Below are positions 1 to 8,675 of a DNA stretch of 64,000 nt, one piece after another. The stretch comes from Gemmatimonadota bacterium (GTDB taxonomy: Bacteria > Gemmatimonadota > Gemmatimonadetes > Gemmatimonadales > Gemmatimonadaceae): positions 98,977 through 162,976 of the forward strand of contig JAZJZK010000020.1 in NCBI GenBank assembly GCA_040389905.1. Reading direction: 5' to 3'. Positions within the stretch are counted from its first letter, which is position 1; each line of letters opens with the position of its first letter. The notes below the pieces were generated by a model that saw only the letters and a list, made by a program, of their open reading frames with translations, was not told the DNA's origin and ran no database searches. Made by a program: the position numbers and the translations under genes.

Positions 1-176
1 TTACATGCGCTTCGACCATCTACTCAACCCTGGTCAATCGGGCAATGTGGCCGAGCGTCCGGTCACTCCTACCGATCACACGACCGGACCTGTCGGATGG
101 TAACATCCGGGCACTACAGGCCGTGTGATTGGGGTCACCAGACCCCGAAACGCAACGAAACAGATGACGTCCGACA

Positions 177-650
177 TCAGTAGATATCGGCAATGCCCCA
201 CTGTGGAATCAGCGTGGGGAGGAGGATTGCGGATATGCTGTCGGTCGAAAGGGGTTGATCGAGAAGGGCCAAGCGTCGCCGGCGGGCGACGACAGCATCT
301 TCCGGGCCGATGCGGCAGTCCACGGCGACGACGAAGCGCATTGAGGACAACCGGTGAAGCCGCACCGTCGTCGTCGCGGTCGCTCCGTTCGGGTCGGCGC
401 TTCGCGGTCCAACATCCCATCGGCGATCGCCGCCGATCGGGAGCGAGTCGCGATCCGGCCAGCCCGTCGCGATGACGTCGCTGAGAACGCGCATGGATTC
501 CGCTTCCGCGAGCATGCCCCAGTTGAACGAATTCGACGATCGGGCGGCGCGCCGGCTGGCGGCGGAGGATCCCGTCAGGAGGGCGGCGCCGAGTGTGAGG
601 ATGGCGATCGCGATGACGAGGGCGCCCCCGTGACGTTGCTGACGCGTCAT
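177..650 (-). CDS. PilX-like minor pilin / pilus assembly protein (157 aa)
   Basis: Start re-assigned to ATG 650 (MTRQQRHGG/ALVIAIAILTLG): basic leader, Gly, hydrophobic helix without Glu5, as in PilX; ATGA overlap with upstream gene. Confidence 0.7.
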   Translation of the reverse strand: MTRQQRHGGALVIAIAILTLGAALLTGSSAASRRAARSSNSFNWGMLAEAESMRVLSDVIATGWPDRDSLPIGGDRRWDVGPRSADPNGATATTTVRLHRLSSMRFVVAVDCRIGPEDAVVARRRRLALLDQPLSTDSISAILLPTLIPQWGIADIY

Positions 651-1504
651 GGCGCTCTGCGGCGGATGGGGATGTCGGTTGAGTCGCTCCGTGTGCTGTC
701 CTGCGACTGAGAGCGCATGGGTGCGGCAGCGATCGCCGTAACGCGGATGCGTGCGATGCGGTCGGCGTCCGCCGGGACGTGCGTGGGATCGAGCCTCGAA
801 CCGGCGGCATCGAGATAGGTGAAGCCAGAGCGGCGGGTGCCCGCGCGGAGGAGCAGCGGTCCGGCAACGGGCTGGGGAGAGGTGAAGGCGCCGGACGCGG
901 TGTTCCATTCGCGGAATCCGAGTTGCCAGCTTCCGTCGCCGGACTTGTACAGGGCGTATCTCGTCTGTCTCGTGACGCGAATTGGCGCGCCACCCGGGAT
1001 GGTGTCCGGTGCCGAAATTCCGATCCGCGTGGACGCGCCGGTGGCGGAGATGGGTGTCGTACACCGCGCCTCCACATCGGCCAACGACGTGATCTCTCGG
1101 CCCGTCCATGCGGAGTCTCCGAGCCACCAGAGTGTATCTCCCGTCCGAATGGGGGAGGTGTAGCCGGAGAGGGAGATCGTGCTCGACTCGTCTGGTGTGA
1201 GCGTGGTAGAGCCCACGTTTGTTGTGCAGGCGAAGGAGATCGCGACGGGCGCGCGCACCTGAAGCGCGGTATCGCTGGCCGCTGAGGGGAGCAAGTCGCC
1301 GGCGGTGAGGTCGAGCATGGCGAGCTGGCTGGCCAGAACGCTCGTGGTGATCCCGGTTTGCGCATCGGCGGAGGAGACCGAACCGATTCGTGCGTGCGTT
1401 TGCTGCTGTCTGAGGAGACTTGCCGTCGCGGTCCCGAGCACCACGCTGGCCAGCGAAATCGCGACAACGAGCTCGATGAGTGTGGCGCCGCGGCGACTCA
1501 GCAT
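647..1504 (-). CDS. PilW-like minor pilin, prepilin N-terminal cleavage/methylation domain (285 aa)
   Basis: MLSRRG/ATLIELVVAISLASVVLG class III signal peptide with Glu5; start re-assigned to 1504. Confidence 0.8.
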   Translation of the reverse strand: MLSRRGATLIELVVAISLASVVLGTATASLLRQQQTHARIGSVSSADAQTGITTSVLASQLAMLDLTAGDLLPSAASDTALQVRAPVAISFACTTNVGSTTLTPDESSTISLSGYTSPIRTGDTLWWLGDSAWTGREITSLADVEARCTTPISATGASTRIGISAPDTIPGGAPIRVTRQTRYALYKSGDGSWQLGFREWNTASGAFTSPQPVAGPLLLRAGTRRSGFTYLDAAGSRLDPTHVPADADRIARIRVTAIAAAPMRSQSQDSTRSDSTDIPIRRRAP

Positions 1505-1854
1505 GGGATCGCCGTGGAGATAGCGACGGTCTTCTGGCCGCGTGCGCTCATCCAGACGATGGTGTCGGTTACGGTTGCAAAACCGCCCTTGCTTGGACCC
1601 ACACTCCATTTTTCGGTCAACGCATGTTGTGGATCAGAAAGGGCTCCGCCGCGCGCCGCGGCGCATCCCGAAGCGGCAAGGCTCGCGATGCGAATGGCGG
1701 AGCGCTGGGTGGCTTCGCGCCGGCGGGCGGCGTCGAGCGTGGTCCTCAGTGCGAGGGCGGAACTGCCGGCCATGCCGAGTAGGCCGACGCACACGAGGAT
1801 GAGGGCGACGAGGACCTCGACGACGGTGAGGCCAGACCGGGAGTGAGTTCGCAT
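1498..1854 (-). CDS. PilV-like minor pilin (118 aa)
   Basis: MRTHSRSG/LTVVEVLVALILVCVGLLGMAG matches PilV N-terminal pattern; first gene of an overlapping V-W-X trio. Confidence 0.8.
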   Translation of the reverse strand: MRTHSRSGLTVVEVLVALILVCVGLLGMAGSSALALRTTLDAARRREATQRSAIRIASLAASGCAAARGGALSDPQHALTEKWSVGPSKGGFATVTDTIVWMSARGQKTVAISTAIPC

Positions 1855-1938
1855 GGCCGGAGCATATTCCGACTGCGTGGCAAGCGCGTCACCGTTTTCA
1901 TGCACGCGAGTACCAAAGCAGCGCATGACGCCGGACAT

Positions 1939-2134
1939 CAGCTTTTGTCAGGTGCTCAGTGGCCAGCCACAGCTTTCAGAACGTCAGGGGGTGCGGCACT
2001 CTGGTGGCGCTTCTCCCGACGACGGCTCCACGGGTGCAAGCCCCTCGCTTCGCTCTGGGCGACAAAACACGCGAACGCCACACCCCCTGAAAATCTGTAG
2101 GCCGTGGCTGATCACTGGGCACCTGTCACATCTG
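1939..2134. repeat. Long imperfect inverted-repeat element, copy 1 (contains a REP-like unit at 2034-2068)
   Basis: Arms CAGGTGCTCAGTGGCCAGCCACAGC...CAGGGGGTGCGGC and GCCACACCCCCTG...GCCGTGGCTGATCACTGGGCACCTG; homologous to 4538-4678. Confidence 0.85.
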
Positions 2135-2155
2135 CGTCCCGTGCGACGACTCTCT

Positions 2156-3790
2156 TTAGTGCGGCGCTGCTAAAGCCACGTTGATATCTCGGATTGCCGC
2201 CCGCAGCAGCTTGATGTCTTGTGGCGGCGCATGTGAGAGCCCCGTGAACGCCTCGCGCTTCGCGTCTTTCCACCGTCCAAGCCTCGCCAGGCAGTACACG
2301 TATTCGTACCGCCCGTTGCCTGCTTCGGGATCGACGTTGAACGTCCACTCGAACAGCGTGACCGCCTGTGCACACATGCCGGCCCGCGTGTACGCGTCGG
2401 CGACGCCGAGGTTCATGCCGGCGTCATAGGGGAAAATCCGGATGGCGTGCCGGTACTCCACCTCCATCTCCGCGAAGCGCGACAGGCGCTGGAGTTCGAG
2501 CGCGTGCAGGTAGTGTGCGCGATACCCGTTCGCCGCGTCGCGCATGAGCGCCGCGAAAAAGCGCTCGTTGTTCTTCCAGACGCGCATGCGGTCGATGCTT
2601 CGTGCCAGCGCCGCGCAGAGGACGACGCCCAGTGCGAGTGCCGCGATGCGGCGCTGTCCCGCACCTATCGTTTCGCTCACATACACCGCGATCGCCCCGG
2701 CCAGCAAGACCACCCCCACACTCGGCAGGAAGAGGGTGCGTTCCGCCGTGATGAAGCCCGCCGGCACGAGGAGGTTGCTCACCGGGAGAAACGCGATCAT
2801 CAGCCACCACAGCCCGAAACTCACAACCGGTGCCCTTCGTCGCAGCGACACGGCGAGGACAATGGCTCCAGCGCAGATGACGAGTCCCGGGAGTTGCGCG
2901 GGGGAAAAGCCTCTGGCTGCCGAGACATCTGTTGGTGAGTAGTCCGCGCTCAGCTTTGTCGGGAACACCAGCAGTTGGCCGATTCGTGGGACTTCCGTCA
3001 TCATCGTTCCGATGCGGTCCCACGCGTTCAAGTGCAGAAACTTGAAGACACCGTACGGCTGAATTCCGGTGATGTCCTCCTGGACGAGGCCGCGCGCGAG
3101 CAGGTACACAACAGCAACAAGCGACAGGGCCAGGACGAGTGGCCGAGCTGCTCGAATCGACTGTCGCCATCCCTGCCCTTCCACCACGAGCAGGTCGGCG
3201 GCAACGATCAGCGCGGGGAGCACGATGGCATGTTCCTTCGAGAGCAAGGCGACCGCGAACAGCGCGGCGACCGCGATGATCAGCGCTGCGCGCAGCGTGC
3301 CCTGGCGTCGTGCTCGTATGTACAATCCCATTGCCAATGCGACGCACAGTGCCACGATCAGCTCGGATTGCCCGACGATGTTGCCTGTGACTTCGACGTG
3401 CACTGGGTGCACGGCGAAGAACGCGCCCGCGACCCATGCGCCGAGCGGGGGAAGGATGGCCAATGCGCACCAGTACACGGCGAGCGCGGTGGCTATGGCG
3501 AGGAGGATATTGATGGCGTGGAACACCCAGGGCGCGCCGTGGCCGGCCGCCCATTGCAGCGTGAAGAGCGACATCACAAAGGGGCGATAGCCGTCCCCGC
3601 CGAAGCGGGCGGGCCAGTACGTCTCCGCGAACAGACGCGGCAGGTGCGCGAGCGAGTGCACGCGCTCGTTCTCGAGGATGACGCCGCGATCGTCGAAGGT
3701 GAAGTCGTGGCCGATGCTGGTGGCCGTCGCGATGAGGGCCAGGGCGGCGATGGTTGCCGCGGGGATGATCCTGCGCCAGCTCGTGGTCAT
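2156..3790 (-). CDS. TMTC-like GT-C protein O-glycosyltransferase (DUF1736 region + C-terminal TPRs), paralog 1
   Basis: FTFDD, YRP, HPVHVE, SKE, LVFPTKLSADYS, AERTLFLPS, VWKNN motifs in TMTC order; multiple TM helices then TPR-like helices. Confidence 0.8.
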   Translation of the reverse strand: MTTSWRRIIPAATIAALALIATATSIGHDFTFDDRGVILENERVHSLAHLPRLFAETYWPARFGGDGYRPFVMSLFTLQWAAGHGAPWVFHAINILLAIATALAVYWCALAILPPLGAWVAGAFFAVHPVHVEVTGNIVGQSELIVALCVALAMGLYIRARRQGTLRAALIIAVAALFAVALLSKEHAIVLPALIVAADLLVVEGQGWRQSIRAARPLVLALSLVAVVYLLARGLVQEDITGIQPYGVFKFLHLNAWDRIGTMMTEVPRIGQLLVFPTKLSADYSPTDVSAARGFSPAQLPGLVICAGAIVLAVSLRRRAPVVSFGLWWLMIAFLPVSNLLVPAGFITAERTLFLPSVGVVLLAGAIAVYVSETIGAGQRRIAALALGVVLCAALARSIDRMRVWKNNERFFAALMRDAANGYRAHYLHALELQRLSRFAEMEVEYRHAIRIFPYDAGMNLGVADAYTRAGMCAQAVTLFEWTFNVDPEAGNGRYEYVYCLARLGRWKDAKREAFTGLSHAPPQDIKLLRAAIRDINVALAAPH

Positions 3791-3823
3791 CCGTGACGCG
3801 TGAAGTTGAGTGGGCGGAAACGA

Positions 3824-3855
3824 AGAGCGGCGCGCCGAAACCGGCGCGCCGCTCT
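3824..3855 (-). terminator. Hairpin terminator/attenuator downstream of pilA
   Basis: Perfect 14-bp stem AGAGCGGCGCGCCG / CGGCGCGCCGCTCT, 4-nt loop, 19 bp past the pilA stop; weak U tract. Confidence 0.7.
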
Positions 3856-3874
3856 CAGTTAACCTGTGCAGCGG

Positions 3875-4264
3875 TTACTTACAAGCCGGCTCGCCATCGC
3901 CAGCGGTGCTGACGATCGGGTTCGCGGTGTTGACGCCGATGCCGCAGGAGAACGACGCGATCTGCGTGTGCGTGATCGTGGCAGACCAGTAGCCCGAGCC
4001 CGGGACGATCGTCGGGGTGTTCACGCCCGTGGAGGGCTTGAACTTGAGCTTCGTGGTGTCGTAGGTCACGTACTTGGTCGAATCAGCGAAGAAGGACTCT
4101 TCGGCGGTGACCAGGTTACGGAGATCCGACTTCATCGCGGCGATGTAGGCCTTCGACTTCGTGTTCGCGAACTTCGGGATCGCGATCGCGGCGAGAATGC
4201 CGATAATCACGACGACGATCAGCAGCTCGATCAGGGTAAAGCCACGGCGTGAGCGGTTCATCAT
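3875..4264 (-). CDS. pilA: Type IVa major pilin (121 aa mature)
   Basis: MMNRSRRG/FTLIELLIVVVIIGILAAIAIPKF; C-terminal Cys pair; own promoter and hairpin; strongly biased codons. Confidence 0.92.
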   Translation of the reverse strand: MMNRSRRGFTLIELLIVVVIIGILAAIAIPKFANTKSKAYIAAMKSDLRNLVTAEESFFADSTKYVTYDTTKLKFKPSTGVNTPTIVPGSGYWSATITHTQIASFSCGIGVNTANPIVSTAGDGEPACK

Positions 4265-4355
4265 GTGCAGGTTCCTCGGGGTGGTGCAGCGGGGGGACGA
4301 ACGCGACGGTTCGTCGGGCGGGGTGCCGGCGACGGGTGCCGGCGACTGATGCTAG

Positions 4356-4371
4356 AGCAACCTGCGGACCA
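4356..4371 (-). promoter_or_regulatory. Sigma54 (-24/-12) promoter of pilA
   Basis: Minus strand TGGTCCGCAGGTTGCT has exact GG-N10-GC spacing about 90 bp upstream of pilA; NtrC-family PilR encoded in the locus. Confidence 0.75.
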
Positions 4372-4399
4372 TTCGTTTGGCTGACTGTAAGTGTATATC

Positions 4400-4412
4400 G
4401 TACAACGTGTTG
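4400..4412. promoter_or_regulatory. Possible IHF site between enhancer region and sigma54 promoter
   Basis: GTACAACGTGTTG fits the CAA-N4-TTR core of WATCAANNNNTTR inside an AT-rich patch. Confidence 0.4.
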
Positions 4413-4537
4413 AGAATTCTTTAAGGGGTGGTATACCGGGCTGTTTGTGCTGGATTTTGCGGAATACATAGCAGTTTGCGGCACTGCGCCTCGGGCCGGG
4501 ACTGGTGGTTCCGAGCAGTGCATTGGTCCACCGGCCT

Positions 4538-4678
4538 CAGCTTTGTCAGGTGCTCAGGGATCAGCCGCAGCCGACAGTTTTTCAGGGGGTGTGGCGTTCA
4601 GGGGGCATCGCGCGCAGTCCGCCACACCCCCTGTCGCTCTGTTGGCTGCGGCTGGCCACTGAGCACCTGTCGCATCTG
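4538..4678. repeat. Long imperfect inverted-repeat element, copy 2
   Basis: Arms CAGGTGCTCAGGGATCAGCCGCAGCC...CAGGGGGTGTGGC and GCCACACCCCCTG...GGCTGCGGCTGGCCACTGAGCACCTG; homologous to 1939-2134. Confidence 0.85.
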
Positions 4679-4709
4679 ATTACCGCACGAGACAGCGTCC
4701 GCAGCACCT

Positions 4710-6353
4710 TTACTTGTACTTGCCACCCGCACGCAGCACCCGCGCCGACTCCCAGACCGCCGCGCGCATGAGTCGTAAGTCCCGTGATGGCACGTATTTG
4801 AGCCCGGCCAGCGCCTGGCTCCGCACGTCCGTCCACCGCCCCAGCTTCGCAAGACAATAGACGTACTCGTATCGACCCTCGCCCATTTCCGGTTCCACAC
4901 TGAACGTCCATTCGAACAGCGCAACGGCCGGCGCACACAGGCCTGCCCGCGTATATGAGTCGGCGATGCTCAGTGTCATGCCGGCGTCGTACGGGAAAAT
5001 ACGGATCGCCCGACGATACTCCATCTCCATCTGCGCGAGATGGCTCTGGAGCCCGACGTGCTTGGCGAACAAGAAATGCGCGCGATACCCGTTCGGGGCA
5101 TCGCGCATCAGGGCGACGAAGAATGCGTCGTTGTTCTTCCACACGTGCATGCGGTCGATGCTCCGCGCGAGTCCAGCGAGGATCAATGCCGCGAGCGCAG
5201 CGCCCGCCAGTGTGCGGCGTGTCGCGCCCGCGCGTGCGCGCACATACTCCGCAATCACCCCCACCACGATCAACACACCCACACTCGGCAGGAATAACGT
5301 GCGCTCTGCCGTCACGAAGCCGGCTGGGATGATCAGGTTGCTGACCGGTGCGAACGATACGATCAACCAGAAAAGCCCGAAGGAGGCGACGGGTGCTCGT
5401 TTTCGCAGCACGACCGCGAGCAGCACCGTGCCGCAGGTGATGATGATGCCTGGCAGCTGCGAGACGTCGAAGCCCCTCGCGACGATCACATCGTTCGGCG
5501 AGTAGTCGGCGCTCAGCTTGACCGGAAAAACCAGCAGCTGCGCGATGCGCGGCATCTCGTTCATCATCGTCCCGATGCGGTCCGTCGCGCTCATGCGCAA
5601 GAATCGGAAGATCGGAAACGGGATGAATCCCGTGAGGTCGCTCTGCACCGCGCCTCGCGCGAGGAGATAACCGAGTGCGACGGCGGTGAGCGCGAGCAGG
5701 AGCGGTCGCACCGCCCTGGCGCGTGCACGACAATCGTCGTGCGCCGGCAGGACGAGCTCCGCAGCGACGATCAGCGCAGGCAGCACGATGGCGTGCTCCT
5801 TCGAGAACAGCGCAAGCGCGAAGAGCGCAGTGATCGTTACCGTACTGCGCCCATCGGGCCCGCCGCGCGTGCGCTGCCGCAGAAAGACGCCCATGGCCAG
5901 CGTGACGAAGAGGGCAACCAGCAATTCCGATTGCCCGACGACGTTGCCGGTGACCTCGACGTGGACCGGGTGGACCGCGAACAGCGCGGCAGCGACCCAC
6001 GCGCCCAGCGGGGGAAGAATCGCCGAGATACACCAGAACACGGCGAGCGCCGTGGCCACCGCCAGCAGGATGTTGACGAGATGGAACAGCCACGGCGCAC
6101 CGTGCGCGGCACTCCATTGCATTGTGAAGAGCGTCGTGACAATCGGCCGATAGCCGTCACCGCCGTACTTGGGTGGCCAGTAGGTTTCCGTAAACAGTTG
6201 CGGAATTCGCCACATCGCGTGCACGCGATCGTTGTCGAAAATGACGCTGCGATCGTCGTAGGTGAAATCGTGGCCGATACTGCCGATCGTCGCGGCGAGG
6301 GCGAGTGCGCCCACGCTGCCGGCGGAGAGAAGCTCCCGCCGCGACGTGCTCAT
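4710..6353 (-). CDS. TMTC-like GT-C protein O-glycosyltransferase, paralog 2
   Basis: Same motif series as 2156-3790 (FTYDD, YRP, HPVHVEVTGNVVGQSEL, SKEHAIVLPALI, AERTLFLPS); start re-assigned to ATG 6353 (TGATG overlap). Confidence 0.8.
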   Translation of the reverse strand: MSTSRRELLSAGSVGALALAATIGSIGHDFTYDDRSVIFDNDRVHAMWRIPQLFTETYWPPKYGGDGYRPIVTTLFTMQWSAAHGAPWLFHLVNILLAVATALAVFWCISAILPPLGAWVAAALFAVHPVHVEVTGNVVGQSELLVALFVTLAMGVFLRQRTRGGPDGRSTVTITALFALALFSKEHAIVLPALIVAAELVLPAHDDCRARARAVRPLLLALTAVALGYLLARGAVQSDLTGFIPFPIFRFLRMSATDRIGTMMNEMPRIAQLLVFPVKLSADYSPNDVIVARGFDVSQLPGIIITCGTVLLAVVLRKRAPVASFGLFWLIVSFAPVSNLIIPAGFVTAERTLFLPSVGVLIVVGVIAEYVRARAGATRRTLAGAALAALILAGLARSIDRMHVWKNNDAFFVALMRDAPNGYRAHFLFAKHVGLQSHLAQMEMEYRRAIRIFPYDAGMTLSIADSYTRAGLCAPAVALFEWTFSVEPEMGEGRYEYVYCLAKLGRWTDVRSQALAGLKYVPSRDLRLMRAAVWESARVLRAGGKYK

Positions 6354-7132
6354 CACGCCAGGTTGAACTTCAGAATATGCCAGAGCGCGGCGATGCCGTC
6401 GCGCCAACTGATCTTCTTCCCTTCCGCGTACGTCCTGCCCGCGTAGGAAATCGGTACTTCGAAAATCCTGGCATCGCGCTTGGCAAGCTGCGCCGTGATC
6501 TCCGGCTCGAAGCCGAAGCGGTCGGACGTCAGCGACAGCGAGCGCGCCAGGTCACCCCGCACCGCCTTGTAGCAGGTCTCCATGTCGGTGAGGTTGAGAT
6601 TCGTCAGCATGTTGCTGAAGAGCGTGAGCAACGTGTTGCCGACGGAGTGCCAGTAGTAGAGGACACGATGCGGCCCCCCGAGAAAGCGCGAGCCGAAGCA
6701 GGCGTCGGCCTTGCCGTCCACGATCGGCTTGAGCAGTTCGGGCCAATCCTGCGGATCGTATTCGAGATCGGCGTCCTGCACGATGACGACATCGCCGGTG
6801 CTTGCGGCGAGCGCTGTGCGAATGGCCTTTCCCTTTCCACCGTTTACCGGCTGGAAAATGAGGCGATCGACGAAGCCCGCCGCATGCAGTTCAACGAGGC
6901 GTTCGCGCGTGCCGTCCGTCGAGCAGTCATCGACGCAGATGATCTCTTTCGCAATCGGCGTGGCGTGCACGCGATCGAGAATCGTCTCGATGGTATTCCG
7001 CTCGTTGTACACGGGGATGAGTACCGAGAGGCGCAGCGTGTTGATGTCGAGCGGCGTCAACTCGCGCGGCTTCGCCGCGAGGGTGAGCGATTTTGCGGCC
7101 GTCGTCGGGACGGAAGAGGGAGTGGGATTCAT
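6353..7132 (-). CDS. GT2 glycosyltransferase, Dpm1/Ppm1-like polyprenol-phosphate-sugar synthase (259 aa)
   Basis: [49 protein letters not shown] motifs; start re-assigned to ATG 7132. Confidence 0.88.
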   Translation of the reverse strand: MNPTPSSVPTTAAKSLTLAAKPRELTPLDINTLRLSVLIPVYNERNTIETILDRVHATPIAKEIICVDDCSTDGTRERLVELHAAGFVDRLIFQPVNGGKGKAIRTALAASTGDVVIVQDADLEYDPQDWPELLKPIVDGKADACFGSRFLGGPHRVLYYWHSVGNTLLTLFSNMLTNLNLTDMETCYKAVRGDLARSLSLTSDRFGFEPEITAQLAKRDARIFEVPISYAGRTYAEGKKISWRDGIAALWHILKFNLA

Positions 7133-8673
7133 CGAGGAAGAACGGTGAACGCCGCGCCACCGGCGAATTGATCTCGCAGCACCAGCAACGGCGACGGCCC
7201 CGAGGCAAGATACTGGGCCGCGTCGAAAGTTCGTGGTGAGCCCACCAACACGACGGAGATCGGATAGCGGGCGAGGAGTGGCACCAGTCCCTCCGCTGCC
7301 TCGACCGCGGGAGTTCGCGTGCCGAGATAGTCGGCCGTGGTGAACGAGGCGACGGGAACCGAGTGACGCCCGGTATACAGAAAGACAGCGCCCTCGTCGT
7401 CGGCGGCGACGACCGCGTCGCGCGCCGTGTTCGCGCGGGTCCACGCGACGACAGAATCCACGCGCGGACTCGCGGCGCGGGAGATGCTCGACCACCACTG
7501 GCCGCGGATCGCGCGAAACTCGTACGATGCGTAGCCGACGGCGAGCCAGGCGGAACACGCGAGGACCGTCGCGCGCACGGCGGCCGGCCAACGCGCTTCC
7601 GCGCGAGCGGCCCAACCCGCGGCGGCGAGCATCATCAGCACGAGTGGCCAGAGCCCCCACACGAAGCGCGAGGGAGCGAATGGCCACACGAGCACGATCG
7701 CGAAGTACCCGGCCATGAACAGCGCAGTGACGGGTGCGCTGCGCCACAGCGCCACGCCGCCAACCAGCAGTGCGATGCACAGCGCGACACCGGTGATGTC
7801 GTGCACCACGGGCGAGCGCGCCACGGAAAACAGTGAGACGAGCATCGACGCGGTTTCCGGTATCGTTCGCATGAGCGTCGCCGGAATCAGGCGGAGCCCC
7901 ATCGCGTCGTAGCCGCGCAGCCACCACGCCGCGTACGAGCCGTAGTTGCCTTGCAGCGGCGCCGCGAGATCGGCGGCGTGCAATCTGCCCCAGAGTTGCC
8001 ACGGTGCGATGATCACGAGCGCGGTCGCGAGCGCGAGCGTTACATCACGCCACCGTCGCTGCAACAGCAGAGGAATCGCGAGCGCGGGCAGCAGGACGAT
8101 GCCGTGCGCCCGCACCAGTGACGCGACGCCGATGAGCAGTCCAATCGCGATGATGTGCGGCGTCGCGCTCGCGGATGTGACGAGCCGTTCCGAGAAGATG
8201 AGCGTCGCAAGGACGAGCACAATGAACAAGGGCTCGGAAAGCACCATCGTGACGAGGACCAGCAGCGGCACACTCACCGCCGTCGTAATACCGATCGCGC
8301 GCGCGAGCCACGCGCTGCCCAGCCGTTCGCGGACCAGGCTCACCGTGAGCCACGCGATGGCCGCGAGCAGAAGCACATTCATCGCCTTGAATGCGACGAC
8401 GTTCGCCGGAAAATTCGGCGCGAGTCTCCAGATCAACGAAAGAACGGCGGGATAGAGCGGCGGGAAATGCGACGCGAACGGCGCATCGGGGAGATTGATG
8501 TATCGATAGCCTTGGCCCGTGGCCATCGATTTCGCCAACACGAGGTACATGGCGTCATCATGAAAAACGCCGACGCTGTACTGGTCCATGACGCAGGCGC
8601 CGACGACCAGCGCGATCGCGCTGATCACGATGGTGTCAACGCGAGAAACGCGAGGCGTCGCCACGACCGCCAT
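7129..8673 (-). CDS. GT-C fold (PMT/ArnT-like) membrane glycosyltransferase B
   Basis: [22 protein letters not shown] after first TM, HFPPLYP, LSEPLF, many TM helices; start ATG 8673 or GTG 8679. Confidence 0.72.
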   Translation of the reverse strand: MAVVATPRVSRVDTIVISAIALVVGACVMDQYSVGVFHDDAMYLVLAKSMATGQGYRYINLPDAPFASHFPPLYPAVLSLIWRLAPNFPANVVAFKAMNVLLLAAIAWLTVSLVRERLGSAWLARAIGITTAVSVPLLVLVTMVLSEPLFIVLVLATLIFSERLVTSASATPHIIAIGLLIGVASLVRAHGIVLLPALAIPLLLQRRWRDVTLALATALVIIAPWQLWGRLHAADLAAPLQGNYGSYAAWWLRGYDAMGLRLIPATLMRTIPETASMLVSLFSVARSPVVHDITGVALCIALLVGGVALWRSAPVTALFMAGYFAIVLVWPFAPSRFVWGLWPLVLMMLAAAGWAARAEARWPAAVRATVLACSAWLAVGYASYEFRAIRGQWWSSISRAASPRVDSVVAWTRANTARDAVVAADDEGAVFLYTGRHSVPVASFTTADYLGTRTPAVEAAEGLVPLLARYPISVVLVGSPRTFDAAQYLASGPSPLLVLRDQFAGGAAFTVLPR

Positions 8674-8675
8674 CG

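Noticed and set aside
72..132. SRP RNA (CAGGTCCGG on the minus strand)
   Set aside because: The required continuation AAGGAAGCAGC is absent
76..1467. 463-aa minus-strand ORF overlapping the minor pilins
   Set aside because: Arg/Pro/Ser-rich alternative-frame translation; the overlapping frames carry clear prepilin motifs
1901..1915. Sigma54 promoter upstream of the pilV-like gene (TGGTACTCGCGTGCA)
   Set aside because: Spacing is GG-N9-GC, one base short of the strict requirement
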